A stretch of 64,000 nucleotides of DNA from a bacterium (GCA_965213625.1 CBDBZU010000004.1:1952001-2016000); one strand, 5' to 3'; shown: positions 28,706-39,268, numbered from the stretch's first letter. Notes: generated by a model from the letters alone, not told the origin. Program-made: numbers and translations.

Positions 28706-29092
28706 TCACTCCGCCTTGTTCTTCTCAATCGCGCTCTTCGCCGCCGCGAGGGCGTGGTTCGTTTTCGGAAAGCCGATGTAGGGCGCGAGCGACACGATGG
28801 CCTCAATCAGCTCCTCGGGACGCAAGCCCTGGTTCAGCACCCCGCGCGAGTGAATCTCCACCTCGCCGTAGAGGTCCTGCGCGGCGGCGGCGGCGACGAT
28901 GAGCATCTCGCGCGTCTTGTTGTCGAGGAGCGGCTGGCTCCAGCAGGTGCCGAAGACGTATTCCACGATGGCGCGCGTGTGCGTGGGCGTGAGTTCGTTC
29001 ATCTCGGTGAACGTGCCCGCGAGGCCGTCCTCCCCGTAGATGCCGAGTTTTTTCCGGATGGCCAGGCCTCGTTCGTAGCGTTCCTCGTTCAT
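28706..29092 (-). CDS. Carboxymuconolactone decarboxylase family protein
   Basis: YERGLAIRK, YVFG..WS...LDNKTREM, and EELIEAI..LAPYIGFP. Confidence 0.9.
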   Translation of the reverse strand: MNEERYERGLAIRKKLGIYGEDGLAGTFTEMNELTPTHTRAIVEYVFGTCWSQPLLDNKTREMLIVAAAAAQDLYGEVEIHSRGVLNQGLRPEELIEAIVSLAPYIGFPKTNHALAAAKSAIEKNKAE

Positions 29093-29245
29093 GTGGTTCT
29101 CCTTTGGATGTGGGAATGCGTACCTTATATAGAGGCGGATGATGAATTGATTTTCAAAACCATTCCCCCTTGAGGGTCATACGCGAGTGAGGTGGGTCTG
29201 TTAAAAAAGACCTTGTTTTCTCCCGATCGGTGACATGATGATTCC

Positions 29246-29630
29246 GTAGGGACAGGCCTCTGTGCCTGTCCGGGGTCCCTAAGCATTACCCCCCCCTACC
29301 CCCCCTTGTCAGGGGTCAAACGCGAGTGAGGAACGAGCGTTTGCAGATTTTCCCAACGAACGAGAGAAGCAATTCATTCCCCCCTTGCGTGTTAAAATCG
29401 ACCGAGTAGAGAAGCGATTCACTCCCCCCTTGAGGGTTCTTGCAAATCAAGCAGATGTGGTTGACTCCCCCCTTTGAGGGGGAGTCAACGCGGCAAGGAC
29501 AATGTCCGCAGTCGCGTTGGTGGGGGGTAGAATGCGTTTTATCGCCACTCCGAGTTATACCCCCCACCGAATCGCTTGCGGGCTTGCGCCCTTAGCTCCT
29601 CGACTCCCCCTCAAGGGGGGAGTGAATTTC
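29246..29630. repeat. Mixed repeat cluster: GTAG-REP plus ACTCCCCCCTTGAGGGGGAGT-type element (copy 1, ~29463-29628)
   Basis: REP at 29246-29271; palindromic ends ACTCCCCCCTTTGAGGGGGAGT and GACTCCCCCTCAAGGGGGGAGTGA. Confidence 0.8.
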
Positions 29631-29677
29631 AAACCCTCCAAAACCCGCAAACCCTCGCTCCTCGCTCGGGTTTGACC

Positions 29678-30067
29678 TCACTCCCCATCCCCCGGAATCG
29701 TCCCCGGCCGCGTCACGATAAAGCACACCACGCACGCGCAAATCGCCGCCAGCAGGACCTTCGCGTATACCGGCGCGCTCATGAGATAAATCGAAGGCCC
29801 CGCGAGGACCGCGATGAACGAGACGGAAATCCACTTCGCCCGGGGGCGGATGACGCCGTGGCGCTGCCAGTTCGTGATGAGCGGCCCGTAGAGCCTGTGG
29901 CCGAGCAGCCACCCGTGGAGGCGTTCCGAGCTTTTGGAGAAGGCGAACGCCGCCACGAGGATGAACGGCGTCGTCGGCAGCACGGGCAGCAGCAGGCCGA
30001 TGAAGCCCAGGCCCAGGCAGACGCAGCCCAGCGCCAGGTAGAATGAACGCGATATCTTTGCCCACAT
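29678..30067 (-). CDS. ybaN: YbaN/DUF454 inner-membrane protein
   Basis: LGFIGLLLPVLPTTPFILVAAFAFSKSSERLHGWLL.H..YGP.I.NW. Confidence 0.9.
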   Translation of the reverse strand: MWAKISRSFYLALGCVCLGLGFIGLLLPVLPTTPFILVAAFAFSKSSERLHGWLLGHRLYGPLITNWQRHGVIRPRAKWISVSFIAVLAGPSIYLMSAPVYAKVLLAAICACVVCFIVTRPGTIPGDGE

Positions 30068-30270
30068 GAACGTCGTTCCCTTATGGGGTCAAACCCGACC
30101 GATGCGGGAGGGATTGTGATTCCTCCCCCTCGCATGAACCCCCCTTATCAGGGGTCAATTCCGACCGGGGAGGGAGGAATTGCAAGCCGATGTGTTCCCC
30201 GCCAATGGCTTTTGCAAACGCTCGTTCCTCACTCGCGTTTGCAGATTATTCCAACGAACGAGAGAGGAAT

Positions 30271-30438
30271 TTCACTCCCCCCTTGAGGGGGAGTCGAGGA
30301 AGCCGAACCGAAAGGTGAAGGCTGACTCGGTGGGGGGTAGAATGCGTTTTATCGCCACTCCGAGTTCTACCCCCCACCGGTTCGGTTTCGGGGGCAAACC
30401 CCCCTTACCTCACCGACTCCCCCTCAAGGGGGGAGTGA
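30271..30438. repeat. Palindromic REPIN/MITE-like element (copy 2)
   Basis: Same terminal palindromes and core GTGGGGGGTAGAATGCGTTTTATCGCCACTCCGAGTT..TACCCCCCACC as copy 1. Confidence 0.85.
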
Positions 30439-30602
30439 TTTTCAAACCTTCTAAAATCGGCGCCCCCTCACTCCCCGGTGCGTGTCCCGCCGATTCTCCC
30501 CCGAAGCGGCGTTTTCCACAACGCGCTCGGGCGTAGGCTTCCGGGGGGCCGTTGTATTAGAATGCGCGCAAGCCACCCGCATACCTCTTATATGGAGCCG
30601 CC

Positions 30603-32330
30603 ATGTCCGTTCAGCAAAAAGTTGACGCCGATTCCCTGTGGAAAAACTTAGGAGAAATCTGCCGCTGGGAGCGCTACACCGGCACGGAGGGTGAGAACGA
30701 AGCCGTGCGCTACGTTGAGGCGGAGCTTGAGCGCCTCGGCATCGACGTGGAAGTCCACAAGTTCTGCTCGCTCATCAGCATACCGGGCGAGACGACGCTC
30801 CGGGTGCTCGGCGAAGGCGGGGAGACGATTCCCGCCATCACGGCCGTCTTCGGCGCATCCACGGGCGAGGCCGGCGTGCGCGGGCAGGCGGTCCACGTGG
30901 GAGAGGCCGGTCCGCCCGCGACGCCCTTCACAGATCCTCATTATCAGGGCGCACCGGAGGCGGCCCCCGTGGCGGGGCGCGTCGTCGTGGCCGAGGGGAT
31001 GCTGAGCCCCGGACGCTTTTATTATTTCGAGCGAAGGGGCGCCATCGCCCAGGTCTACGTCAACAAGGGGAACGCGCACGAGCTGACCGTCTCCACCATC
31101 TGGGGCGCGCCCACGCCCGAGAGCATCGGGCGGTTGCCGACAACGCCCGTCGTCACCCTCTCGCGCGAGCAGGGCGCTGCGCTGCTGGAGCGGCTAAAGC
31201 GCAGGGAGGAGGTCGAACTCCTCATCCATGCCGAGACGGACACCGCCTGGCGCGAGACCCTGATGCCCGTGGCAAGCATAATGCCTCCGAACGGGAGCGA
31301 TGAGTACGTCCTCGTCGGCGGGCACATCGACTCCTGGCACATCGGGGCGAACGACAACGCGGCGGGCGACGCCACGTTGATGGAACTCGCGCGGGTCGCG
31401 CATGAGACGCGGGGGGAACTCACGCGCGGCCTCAAGGTGGCCTGGTGGAACGGGCACTCGCACGGGCGCTTCTCGGGCTCCACCTGGTATGCGGATCACA
31501 AGTTTCACGAGCTGCGCCGGAACTGCGCCGCCTATCTCAACATCGACCAGCCCGGCTGCCGGGGCGCGACGCTCTACCGCCCCTTCTGCACGGCGGACAT
31601 ACGCGACTGGGTGCAGGGCGCCGTCTCGCGCATCGGCGGCCAGCGCACCGAGCCGGACCACCCTCGCAAGATGGCCGATCAGTCCCTCTGGGGCGTGGGC
31701 GTGCCCTCGTTCTCCTTCCTGCCCGTGCTCCCGCCCGGCCACCCGGAGCTTCGGAAGGATCACCCTGCGGACGGCTTTCCCGAGTACTGGCACCACCCCG
31801 CCGACACGCTCGACAAGATGGACAAGGCGCTCCTGGCCGAGCACACCCGCGTCTACGCGGGCGCGCTGCACGAGTTGTGTAGCCTGGAGTGCGTCCCCCT
31901 GAACCCCGCTGCGACGGCAGCCGTCGTGAACGAGGAGATAGACAGGCTCTCGGAATTGGGAGGCGAAGCCGTGGACCTGGGCGACCTGCGCGAGGCAGGC
32001 GCGCGCTTCGCCCGTGCGTGTGCGGCGCTGGATGCGAAGCTGGCCGGCGTCGATGCGGTGGACGCCAACCGCGCGCTTCTCGAAATGAGCCACGCGGTCA
32101 ATCCCGTGCTCTACACCATGGCGGGGCCGTTCGACCACGATCCGGCGAGCGGCGCGTTCCGGATGCCCGGCCTGCAGTGCGTGAGTCATTACGCAGAACG
32201 AGGTGCGCAGAGCGATGCGGGGCGCGTCATCTACACGCGGGTCCTGCGCGAGAAAAACCGGGTCGTCGCAGGCCTGGATGCCGCCAGCGCCATCGCGGAG
32301 GGGTGTAGACCGGCGCAACGGGGTTGTTGA
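30603..32330 (+). CDS. M28 family peptidase with PA domain
   Basis: VLVGGHIDSWHIGANDNAAG, WNGHSHGRFSGSTWY, YLNID and WHHPADTLDK. Confidence 0.88.
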   Translation: MSVQQKVDADSLWKNLGEICRWERYTGTEGENEAVRYVEAELERLGIDVEVHKFCSLISIPGETTLRVLGEGGETIPAITAVFGASTGEAGVRGQAVHVGEAGPPATPFTDPHYQGAPEAAPVAGRVVVAEGMLSPGRFYYFERRGAIAQVYVNKGNAHELTVSTIWGAPTPESIGRLPTTPVVTLSREQGAALLERLKRREEVELLIHAETDTAWRETLMPVASIMPPNGSDEYVLVGGHIDSWHIGANDNAAGDATLMELARVAHETRGELTRGLKVAWWNGHSHGRFSGSTWYADHKFHELRRNCAAYLNIDQPGCRGATLYRPFCTADIRDWVQGAVSRIGGQRTEPDHPRKMADQSLWGVGVPSFSFLPVLPPGHPELRKDHPADGFPEYWHHPADTLDKMDKALLAEHTRVYAGALHELCSLECVPLNPAATAAVVNEEIDRLSELGGEAVDLGDLREAGARFARACAALDAKLAGVDAVDANRALLEMSHAVNPVLYTMAGPFDHDPASGAFRMPGLQCVSHYAERGAQSDAGRVIYTRVLREKNRVVAGLDAASAIAEGCRPAQRGC

Positions 32331-32365
32331 AAAAGTTCTCGAAGCGGTGGTGGTGCGAAGGTATT

Positions 32366-32443
32366 GTAGGGACAGGCCTCCGTGCCTGTCCTGACGAAGG
32401 AGAACCACGGAGGCCTCGGACAGGCACGGAGGCCTGTCCCTAT
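32366..32443. repeat. GTAG-REP inverted doublet between convergent genes
   Basis: GTAGGGACAGGCCTCCGTGCCTGTCC ... GGACAGGCACGGAGGCCTGTCCCTAT. Confidence 0.85.
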
Positions 32444-32473
32444 GGTTCCCCTCTTCGGTCGGGTATGACCCCC

Positions 32474-33442
32474 CTACCGCACCGTGAGGATAATCTTCCC
32501 GCGCACGTGGCCGGCCTTGCTGATCTCCTGTGCCGCCGCGGCGTCTGCCAGCGGCATCTCCTTTATAGAAGGAGGACGCACCGCGCCCGATGCTGCGAGT
32601 TCGACGATTCTCCCCAGATGCGCGCGGTCCCTTCGCACGTTCGGGCGGATGACGCGCACGTCCTCTCTCGGCGGCGTGAACCCGGGCGGCCCCGCCGCGA
32701 TGTGCGCGAGCCGTCCGCCCGGCTTGAGGACGGCGAAGCTGCGCGCGTGCACCTCGCCGCCGATGGTGTCGAACACCACGTCACACGGCGGCGCGGCCTC
32801 GGTGAAATCCTCTTGCCTGTAGTCGATGGCGTGGTGCGCGCCCAGCTCCTTCACGTATTCGTGGTTTGCCGCGCTCGCCGTCGTGTAAACGGTCGCGTCG
32901 ATGTGTCTCGCGTATTGCACCGCGAATCCGCCCACGCCGCCTGCGCCCGCGTGGATCAGGATGGTCTCGCCGGCTCGCAGCTTCGCCTCATCCTCCAGGG
33001 CTCTTAAGGTCGTGAGGCCCGTCATGGCGAGCGCCGAGGCTTCAGCGTGCGAGAGGAAGTCCGGCTTCGGGGCCGCGAGCGCTGCGGGTATGGCGATTGC
33101 CTCCGCGTAGCCGCCCTCGCAGCCTTGCTCGTTGACCGCGAACACGGGGTCGCCGGGCCGGAAATCGGTTACGCCTGCTCCCGTCTCGCGGACGACGCCC
33201 GAGAAATCCCGTCCCAGGATGTGCGGGAACCGCGCCTTCACGTCCCCTTTTCGCAGTCCCTCGCGCACCTTCCAGTCCGCGGGGTTCAGGCTCACCGCGT
33301 GGATATCGACAACGATTTCCCCCGGCGCAGCCTTTGGATCGCGGGTATCCGCGTATTCGAGCACTTCCGGGCCACCATAGCCGCGCATCAGTATGGCTTT
33401 CACCGCGTTCTCCTGCCTTTCTGTAGTGATGTTTCCGCTCAC
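32474..33442 (-). CDS. NADP-dependent MDR/quinone oxidoreductase
   Basis: YGGPEVL, SLNPADWK, ILGRDFSG, LIHAGAGGVG and GHVRGKIIL. Confidence 0.9.
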   Translation of the reverse strand: MSGNITTERQENAVKAILMRGYGGPEVLEYADTRDPKAAPGEIVVDIHAVSLNPADWKVREGLRKGDVKARFPHILGRDFSGVVRETGAGVTDFRPGDPVFAVNEQGCEGGYAEAIAIPAALAAPKPDFLSHAEASALAMTGLTTLRALEDEAKLRAGETILIHAGAGGVGGFAVQYARHIDATVYTTASAANHEYVKELGAHHAIDYRQEDFTEAAPPCDVVFDTIGGEVHARSFAVLKPGGRLAHIAAGPPGFTPPREDVRVIRPNVRRDRAHLGRIVELAASGAVRPPSIKEMPLADAAAAQEISKAGHVRGKIILTVR

Positions 33443-34014
33443 ACGAGGTCTTCAAACGGCCCCGGGTCCGCCTCCAGCCCGAGGTAGTTCGTCCGTATGT
33501 GGTTCCACAGGGCGAGCTTTCCCCAGTCGGCGGTTTCGAGGACGCGGTAGTGCGCGTCGAAAAACGGATTGGGGAGATAGAAGGTCACCATCTGCTCGTC
33601 GCGCCCGTTCAGCAGCGCCAGCGAATAGCTCACCGGCGCATGGCCCGCGACGGGGGGATTCTGATAAATCCGCAGGAGCATCGCTCGCGCGCACCTGCGC
33701 CACTGCGCCAGCTCGGGCGGGCAAGGGTGCTGCGCGTCGCCCAGGTGTTCACCGATGCACAGGTGAAAGTGCCAGTCGCCGAGGTCGACGGTCAGGTAGC
33801 CGTCGAGATAACTGATCCGGCGGGGCGGGGATTTCACCCGGCACTCGAACACGGCTCCCTGGATGCAGGGCCCGAAGGAGAGCGACTCGTAATGGTTTTC
33901 GAACAGGTCGCGCATCAGGGCTTCGAGAAACTCACGCTCCGGGTGGAATTCCCAGACGCACTGCCGACTGCCGTCGGCACCGATTTCCTGTCGATGCAGA
34001 ACATCCACTTTCAT
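33439..34014 (-). CDS. Uncharacterised protein in the B12 uptake operon (WHFHLCIGEH motif)
   Basis: FGPCIQGAVFE, LDGYLT...WHFHLCIGEH and EQMVTFYLPNPF; its stop overlaps the downstream start. Confidence 0.75.
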   Translation of the reverse strand: MKVDVLHRQEIGADGSRQCVWEFHPEREFLEALMRDLFENHYESLSFGPCIQGAVFECRVKSPPRRISYLDGYLTVDLGDWHFHLCIGEHLGDAQHPCPPELAQWRRCARAMLLRIYQNPPVAGHAPVSYSLALLNGRDEQMVTFYLPNPFFDAHYRVLETADWGKLALWNHIRTNYLGLEADPGPFEDLV

Positions 34015-34072
34015 GCCGCTACCCCGTTTATGAATCACGCCGCCCGCCTTGGAGGAACCCGAGCCATTTGGT

Positions 34073-34501
34073 TCAGGGCGAATCGGTCGTATGCAGCAGA
34101 GTATAGCGTATAGTCAGCACGAGTGTCTTACCGAGATGGGGCAGGGGCGCCGCTTTTTGCACCGCCTCCAGTGAGGCGTTATCCAGAAGGGCATTGCCCG
34201 ACGTCTTCTTGATTCTCAATCCCTCGAGCCGCCCGTCCGGCAGGACGCGAAAGCTTACGGTGGCAGCACCCTCGGCACCCGAATCGCGCGCCACTCCCGG
34301 GTAGTGCTGGTGGCGCCTGATGCGGTCGAGTATGGCCTGAAGGCGCGCGTCCGCATCCATCCGCACGCGGCGTTTCCGGAAAGTGAAAGAGGGCGTCTCG
34401 GACGGCGCGGTAACGGACGTCTTTATCTCCTGCGCGAGAAGCGGCGCAGGCGTAGAGAGAATGAAGAGCGCGAGCGCGATGCGGGCGATGGCTGTTCTCA
34501 T
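34073..34501 (-). CDS. Short TonB C-terminal domain protein
   Basis: Hydrophobic N-terminus; YPGVARDSGAEG...F.V.PDGRL...KTSG..LLD.ASLEAV. Confidence 0.85.
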   Translation of the reverse strand: MRTAIARIALALFILSTPAPLLAQEIKTSVTAPSETPSFTFRKRRVRMDADARLQAILDRIRRHQHYPGVARDSGAEGAATVSFRVLPDGRLEGLRIKKTSGNALLDNASLEAVQKAAPLPHLGKTLVLTIRYTLLHTTDSP

Positions 34502-35283
34502 TCGTTCTCCTCCGGCGCGCGCATGATGAAATACCGCTCATCATCGCCGCCTATCGTATGAATCTCGGCATTCACCTGAAACGCCTTTTCGATGAGTCCG
34601 GGCGTCAGGACGCCGCTTGCGTCTCCCTGGGCCAGTATTTCTCCCTCATACAGCAGGATCAGATGGTCGCAATAGTGGTGCGCGAGGTTGAGATCATGCG
34701 CGGAGACGACCACGGTCCGGCCCTCTGAAGCCTGCGCCCGCAGGATCGCCAGGATGTCGAGGCAGTGTCTGACGTCCAGGTTCGCAACAGGCTCATCGAG
34801 CAGCAGGACGGGCGTTTGCGCGGCGAGGGTTCGCGCTATCAGCACGCGCTGCAGTTCCCCGCCCGAGAGTTCGTTGATCGCGCGGTCCGCGAGGCCGGCG
34901 GCGTCCACGTCGCGAAGCGCAGTGGTTACCGCCGCGCGGTCCGCCCCGGTCTCGGGCGCGAGTCTGCCCTGGTGGGGGTATCTCCCCATCATCACCGTCT
35001 CATCCACCCGGAAGGGGAACGCCGGCTCCTGTTTCTGGGCGAGATAGCCGACGCGGCGGGCGGTTTCTTTCCGCTCGAACGAATCGATGGGTTCGCCGTC
35101 CAGCGAAATGCGCCCGCTCTTGATGGGCACGAGACCCGCGAGCGCCCGCAGGAGCGTCGTCTTGCCCGCTCCGTTCGGGCCGATGACGCCCGTGAGCGCG
35201 CCCGGCTGAAAGGAAGCCGACACGCCCTTGAGGGCGTCCCGCTCGCCGAGTTCGACGTTTGCGTTCTCCGCTTTTAGCAGCAT
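34498..35283 (-). CDS. btuD: Cobalamin/iron-chelate ABC ATPase
   Basis: GPNGAGKTT, LSGGELQRV, LLLDEP and HDLNLA. Confidence 0.88.
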   Translation of the reverse strand: MLLKAENANVELGERDALKGVSASFQPGALTGVIGPNGAGKTTLLRALAGLVPIKSGRISLDGEPIDSFERKETARRVGYLAQKQEPAFPFRVDETVMMGRYPHQGRLAPETGADRAAVTTALRDVDAAGLADRAINELSGGELQRVLIARTLAAQTPVLLLDEPVANLDVRHCLDILAILRAQASEGRTVVVSAHDLNLAHHYCDHLILLYEGEILAQGDASGVLTPGLIEKAFQVNAEIHTIGGDDERYFIMRAPEENE

Positions 35284-36317
35284 CAGAAGGTCTCCGCGCG
35301 CGCGCGATTCTTGACGATGAGATACAGGAAAAACGGCCCGCCGATGCTCGCGGACAGTATTCCCAGGCGTATCTCGCCGGCGGGGGAGAGCGTTCGCGCG
35401 AGCAAATCCATCCCCATCACGAAGACGGCGCCCGCCATCATGCTCAAGGGCAGCAGCCTGCGGTGGTCCGGCCCGGTCAGCATCCGCACGATGTGGGGGA
35501 CGAGCAGGCCCACGAAGCCGATAACGCCCGATACGGCGACAGACGCTCCCGCCGCCGCCGCGGCGATGACGAGAATCCACGCCTTCGTCCGCGCCGTGTT
35601 CACGCCGAGCGCCATGGCGGATTCCTCCCCGGACATCATGAGGTTCAGTTCGCGCCCGAAAAAGGCGGCGGCTATACCTGAGGCGGCGAAGAAGGGCGCG
35701 ATGAGGATCACGTGCTCCCAGGTGCGGTTCGTGAGGCTCCCCATGAGCCAGAAGAGAATCTGGCGCGCGATCTCGAAATCGCTCACGCTATAGCTGAGCA
35801 CGAGCGTCGTCATAGCGCCCGCAATGGAGTTCATCGCCATGCCGCAGAGGATGAGCGCGCCCAGCGGCGTGTGTCCCTTGTGCGACGCCACGAGTGAGAC
35901 GAGCAGCACCGTCAGCAGCGCGCCGGCGAACGCGAATGCGGGAACGGCCCAGATCGAGGCGGCCCCTAATCCTAAGGCGATGGCGCTCGTCGCGCCCAGC
36001 GCGCCCCCCGTGCTGACCCCGACGACGACGGGGCTCGCCATCGGGTTCCTGAACAGGCCCTGGAGCATCACGCCCGAGAGTGCGAGCGAGGCGCCGACGA
36101 AAGCGCCCGTGAGCGTGCGGGGAAGCCGGATGTGCCAGACGATGGCGCGCTCATGCTGAGAGACGCCCATCCCCTCGGTAGAGATGAGGCCCAGTTCGCT
36201 CATAATGACCTTGAGAATTTTCCCGGAATCGACCTCCGCCACGCCCAGGCGGACGCTGAGTGCGGCGAGGAGCAGGGCGGCGGCGAAAAGCCCCGCCGTG
36301 AGGGCGTATTTCCTCAC
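35283..36317 (-). CDS. btuC: Cobalamin/iron-chelate ABC permease (FecCD)
   Basis: IRLPR, QGLFRNPMASP, GEESAMALGVN and IGFVGLLVPH. Confidence 0.88.
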   Translation of the reverse strand: MRKYALTAGLFAAALLLAALSVRLGVAEVDSGKILKVIMSELGLISTEGMGVSQHERAIVWHIRLPRTLTGAFVGASLALSGVMLQGLFRNPMASPVVVGVSTGGALGATSAIALGLGAASIWAVPAFAFAGALLTVLLVSLVASHKGHTPLGALILCGMAMNSIAGAMTTLVLSYSVSDFEIARQILFWLMGSLTNRTWEHVILIAPFFAASGIAAAFFGRELNLMMSGEESAMALGVNTARTKAWILVIAAAAAGASVAVSGVIGFVGLLVPHIVRMLTGPDHRRLLPLSMMAGAVFVMGMDLLARTLSPAGEIRLGILSASIGGPFFLYLIVKNRARAETF

Positions 36318-37174
36318 CGGTAGAGCCCTCGCACCAGATCATCGAGTCCATCGACGATGAATTGGGATACGCTCGAAAAACGCGGGTAGGGGATCTCTAA
36401 AATCTTCTTGGTCCGCAGGGGGGCGTAGACCCCGTTCGCGCGGATGACGTCCTTCATGCTCGCGCCCGATTCTGGGTGCATTCCCACCATGATGACGTCG
36501 GGGTTCCAGGCGATGATCCGCTCCGCCGACACCCTCTGTGCGCCCCGAATTCCCTTTTCAGCGGCCACGTTCTCCCCGCCCGCGAGGCGGATGAGCGCAT
36601 CGTGCGAGGTGCCTCCGCCCGTCACCCAGCCGCCCCGCACCAGCGTGAGAATACGCGGAGGCTTGGCGGTTTTCGGGATGCGCGCGCGTATGGCGCGGAT
36701 TCTCTCTCTCGCGTCTTCGATGAGTTGCTGCGCCTTGTCTTCTTCCCCGATCAGGCGGCCCATCTGCTCGATGCTCGTGAAAACGTCCGCAACGCCGCTG
36801 AAGGCGGAGAATTTGGAGACGGGGACTTTGGCGGCGCGCAGGTGGTTCAGGAACGCGGCGCTCGAATAGGAAGCCACGAACACCATGTCCGGCCTTAAGC
36901 TGATGATGCGCTCGGGCGTGCTGTCGATGAGCGGGATGCCCCGCGCTTGCACGGCGACGTTGGAATAGCCCGGATGTCCGGCCAGCTTGTGCAGGCCGAC
37001 GATTCTTTCCCTTGGCGCGAGTGCGAGGAGCATCTCCGCGGTGGCGAGCGTCATGGCGATCAGGCGCTCGGGCTTCCTGGCGGCGCGGGCGGGTGCGGGC
37101 CCCTCCGGAACCGGGGAGACCGCAGCCCATAATAGAGCCGCCGCCAGGAAGCAGGTTTTGAGCCTTCCGCGCAT
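36314..37174 (-). CDS. btuF: Periplasmic cobalamin-binding protein
   Basis: PERLIAM...AEMLLAL, ERIISLRPD and ERIIAWNPDVI; in the riboswitch-led operon. Confidence 0.82.
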   Translation of the reverse strand: MRGRLKTCFLAAALLWAAVSPVPEGPAPARAARKPERLIAMTLATAEMLLALAPRERIVGLHKLAGHPGYSNVAVQARGIPLIDSTPERIISLRPDMVFVASYSSAAFLNHLRAAKVPVSKFSAFSGVADVFTSIEQMGRLIGEEDKAQQLIEDARERIRAIRARIPKTAKPPRILTLVRGGWVTGGGTSHDALIRLAGGENVAAEKGIRGAQRVSAERIIAWNPDVIMVGMHPESGASMKDVIRANGVYAPLRTKKILEIPYPRFSSVSQFIVDGLDDLVRGLYR

Positions 37175-37216
37175 CGTGTGTCCTTAACGCAAGCCCCTAC
37201 GCTGCGAGGGGTCTCG

Positions 37217-39268
37217 CTAGAAGATAGCCCTTACGCCCGCGAACCACTGGATGCCGGGCGCGCTGAAGCCGTATATGGCGTCGTATTCCTCATCGAGCGC
37301 GTTGTTCACCTTGAGCTCAACCGCGAGTTCCTGAAACGCCGATTTCCTCGTCTTGTCGAATATCGAAATACGGCCCTTTACGACGTCCAGGGAGAACGCC
37401 AGGTCCACCCGCGTGAAGCCTGTGTTCACCACCCTCGGGTAGGGCCAGGGCTGAGAGTCGTCGATGTCCCACCTGTCGCTCACCGTATTCACCCGCAGAC
37501 TCGCCCGCAGGCGATCCGGGTGGTAGCTGATCGAAGCGCTCCACCACCAGTCCGGGCGCCTTAAGAGTTCTTCTCCCTCCACATAGTTCGGCGCGCCGAG
37601 TCCTTCGGTTTCGAGCGCGACCGTATCCATGGTGTTGAAGCTCGCGTGGGCTGTGAAATCGTGGAAATCAAGCAGCGAGAAGGTGAGTTCCGCGCCCTTG
37701 ACCCGCGCCTTCTGGATGTTCTCGTAGTTCGTGCCGTTCTCGAATGGTGAGAACGAATAGGCGATCAGGTCGTCGATCTCGTTGACGTAATAGGTGGCGC
37801 TGAACTTGAGCTTTTTTCCGGCGAAAAACTGATCGAAGCCCGCCTCCCAGCTGTGTTGCCTTTCGCTCTTCAGGTTCGGGTTGCCGGGACCGTAAACGTC
37901 GAGCAGCTCGGCGAAGGAGGGCCGCTTGATTCCCTCGCCCACGGCGCCTCGAATCCGCGCGCCAGTTCCGGGGATTTTATAGGAAGCGGAGAACTTGCCG
38001 GTCGTCTCGTCCTCTCCGACGTCGAAATCATCGGTCCGCACCCCGCCCGCGAGGGTGAGGCCTCCTAGTAACTGGAACTGTTGCTGCGCGTAAAAAGAAG
38101 TCGCACGCCTGTCGCTGTCGTACTTGTTTTCGCCGGAGCCGAAGTCGTTCTCATAGGCGCTCTCGATCGAGATGTCCTCCGTCTCCCATTCGACGCCGAG
38201 CGTGGAGATGGAGCGGCGAAGCGCGCTCAAGCCCAGTTGCTTCCCTGAGAACCTCACGTTGATCTGGTTGTCGAAATGGAGCCTCGTCCCGCTCGTATCC
38301 GTTTTGTCGGAGCCGGGGTTGATCGCGTCCGGCTTGTTCTCGAATAGCGTGTCGCGTAGGTACAAGGAGACGCGCGGGACGTATTCGAGCCACGCGAAGG
38401 GTTTGAGATGCGCGCGCGCGCCGATGAGTTGTTCGGTGTTACGCCCGTATTTGTTGGGTTCGGTGTGGCCTGCATGGTCCGGCCCGGGTATATCGTAGCG
38501 GTTCTGGTTGGCGTGGTAGAGAAAGCGTACCTTCGAGTTGTCTGAGAAGAAATGATCCAGCGCCACCGTCCCCACGGTACGTTGATAGCCGTCGTTCGGC
38601 AGATGCCCCTCCGTATCGAGACGGCTCAGGCTGGCGGCGTATCCGCTCTTGGCCGTTCCACCCTTGAACTTGAACGCCTCCTCGAACGTCTCGTGGCTGC
38701 CGCCCCTGGCGCGCACGGTGAAGATGGGTGTTTCACCCGGTTTGCCGACCTCGGGCAGAAAGTTCATGACACCGGACGCCGCGTCCGATCCGTATAGCGG
38801 GCTTTGCGGACCCTTGAGAATTTCGGCTGCGCCTACCCATTCCGGTGATAAGTGCCCGAAGTCATACGCGCTCCCGTCCGGGAAGGTGAGCTTGAAGCCG
38901 TCGATCATCACGCTGGTGAAGTTGCTCTCGCTCCCCCTCAGGAAAAGGCTCGCCTGCCCGCCCCTGCCACTCGTCTGCGGGAGGATGACGCCCGCCCCCT
39001 CGCTCAGGAAAACGAGCGCGTCGCCGGGCAGAAGGCTCTCGATCCGCTCCGGGCCGAACACTTCCACAGAATCGGCCACGTCGCTCAGACGCTCCGGCGT
39101 TCGTGTGGCCGTAACGGTGATGGGGTCGAGGTAGAGTTCCTCCTCGGCGCTTTGCGCGTGGACAAGCCCCGCCCCGCCCAACAGGATGAGTGCGGCGAGC
39201 CACGCAGCGAACAGGCCCCCTTTGAAGCGGATGGATGATCGGGTGGGTTTTCCTGAAATGCCTTGCAT
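37217..39268 (-). CDS. btuB: TonB-dependent cobalamin receptor
   Basis: TonB box ITVTATR, plug LRGS..N...MIDG, KGPQSPLYGSDA, C-terminal F; directly behind a cobalamin riboswitch. Confidence 0.9.
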   Translation of the reverse strand: MQGISGKPTRSSIRFKGGLFAAWLAALILLGGAGLVHAQSAEEELYLDPITVTATRTPERLSDVADSVEVFGPERIESLLPGDALVFLSEGAGVILPQTSGRGGQASLFLRGSESNFTSVMIDGFKLTFPDGSAYDFGHLSPEWVGAAEILKGPQSPLYGSDAASGVMNFLPEVGKPGETPIFTVRARGGSHETFEEAFKFKGGTAKSGYAASLSRLDTEGHLPNDGYQRTVGTVALDHFFSDNSKVRFLYHANQNRYDIPGPDHAGHTEPNKYGRNTEQLIGARAHLKPFAWLEYVPRVSLYLRDTLFENKPDAINPGSDKTDTSGTRLHFDNQINVRFSGKQLGLSALRRSISTLGVEWETEDISIESAYENDFGSGENKYDSDRRATSFYAQQQFQLLGGLTLAGGVRTDDFDVGEDETTGKFSASYKIPGTGARIRGAVGEGIKRPSFAELLDVYGPGNPNLKSERQHSWEAGFDQFFAGKKLKFSATYYVNEIDDLIAYSFSPFENGTNYENIQKARVKGAELTFSLLDFHDFTAHASFNTMDTVALETEGLGAPNYVEGEELLRRPDWWWSASISYHPDRLRASLRVNTVSDRWDIDDSQPWPYPRVVNTGFTRVDLAFSLDVVKGRISIFDKTRKSAFQELAVELKVNNALDEEYDAIYGFSAPGIQWFAGVRAIF

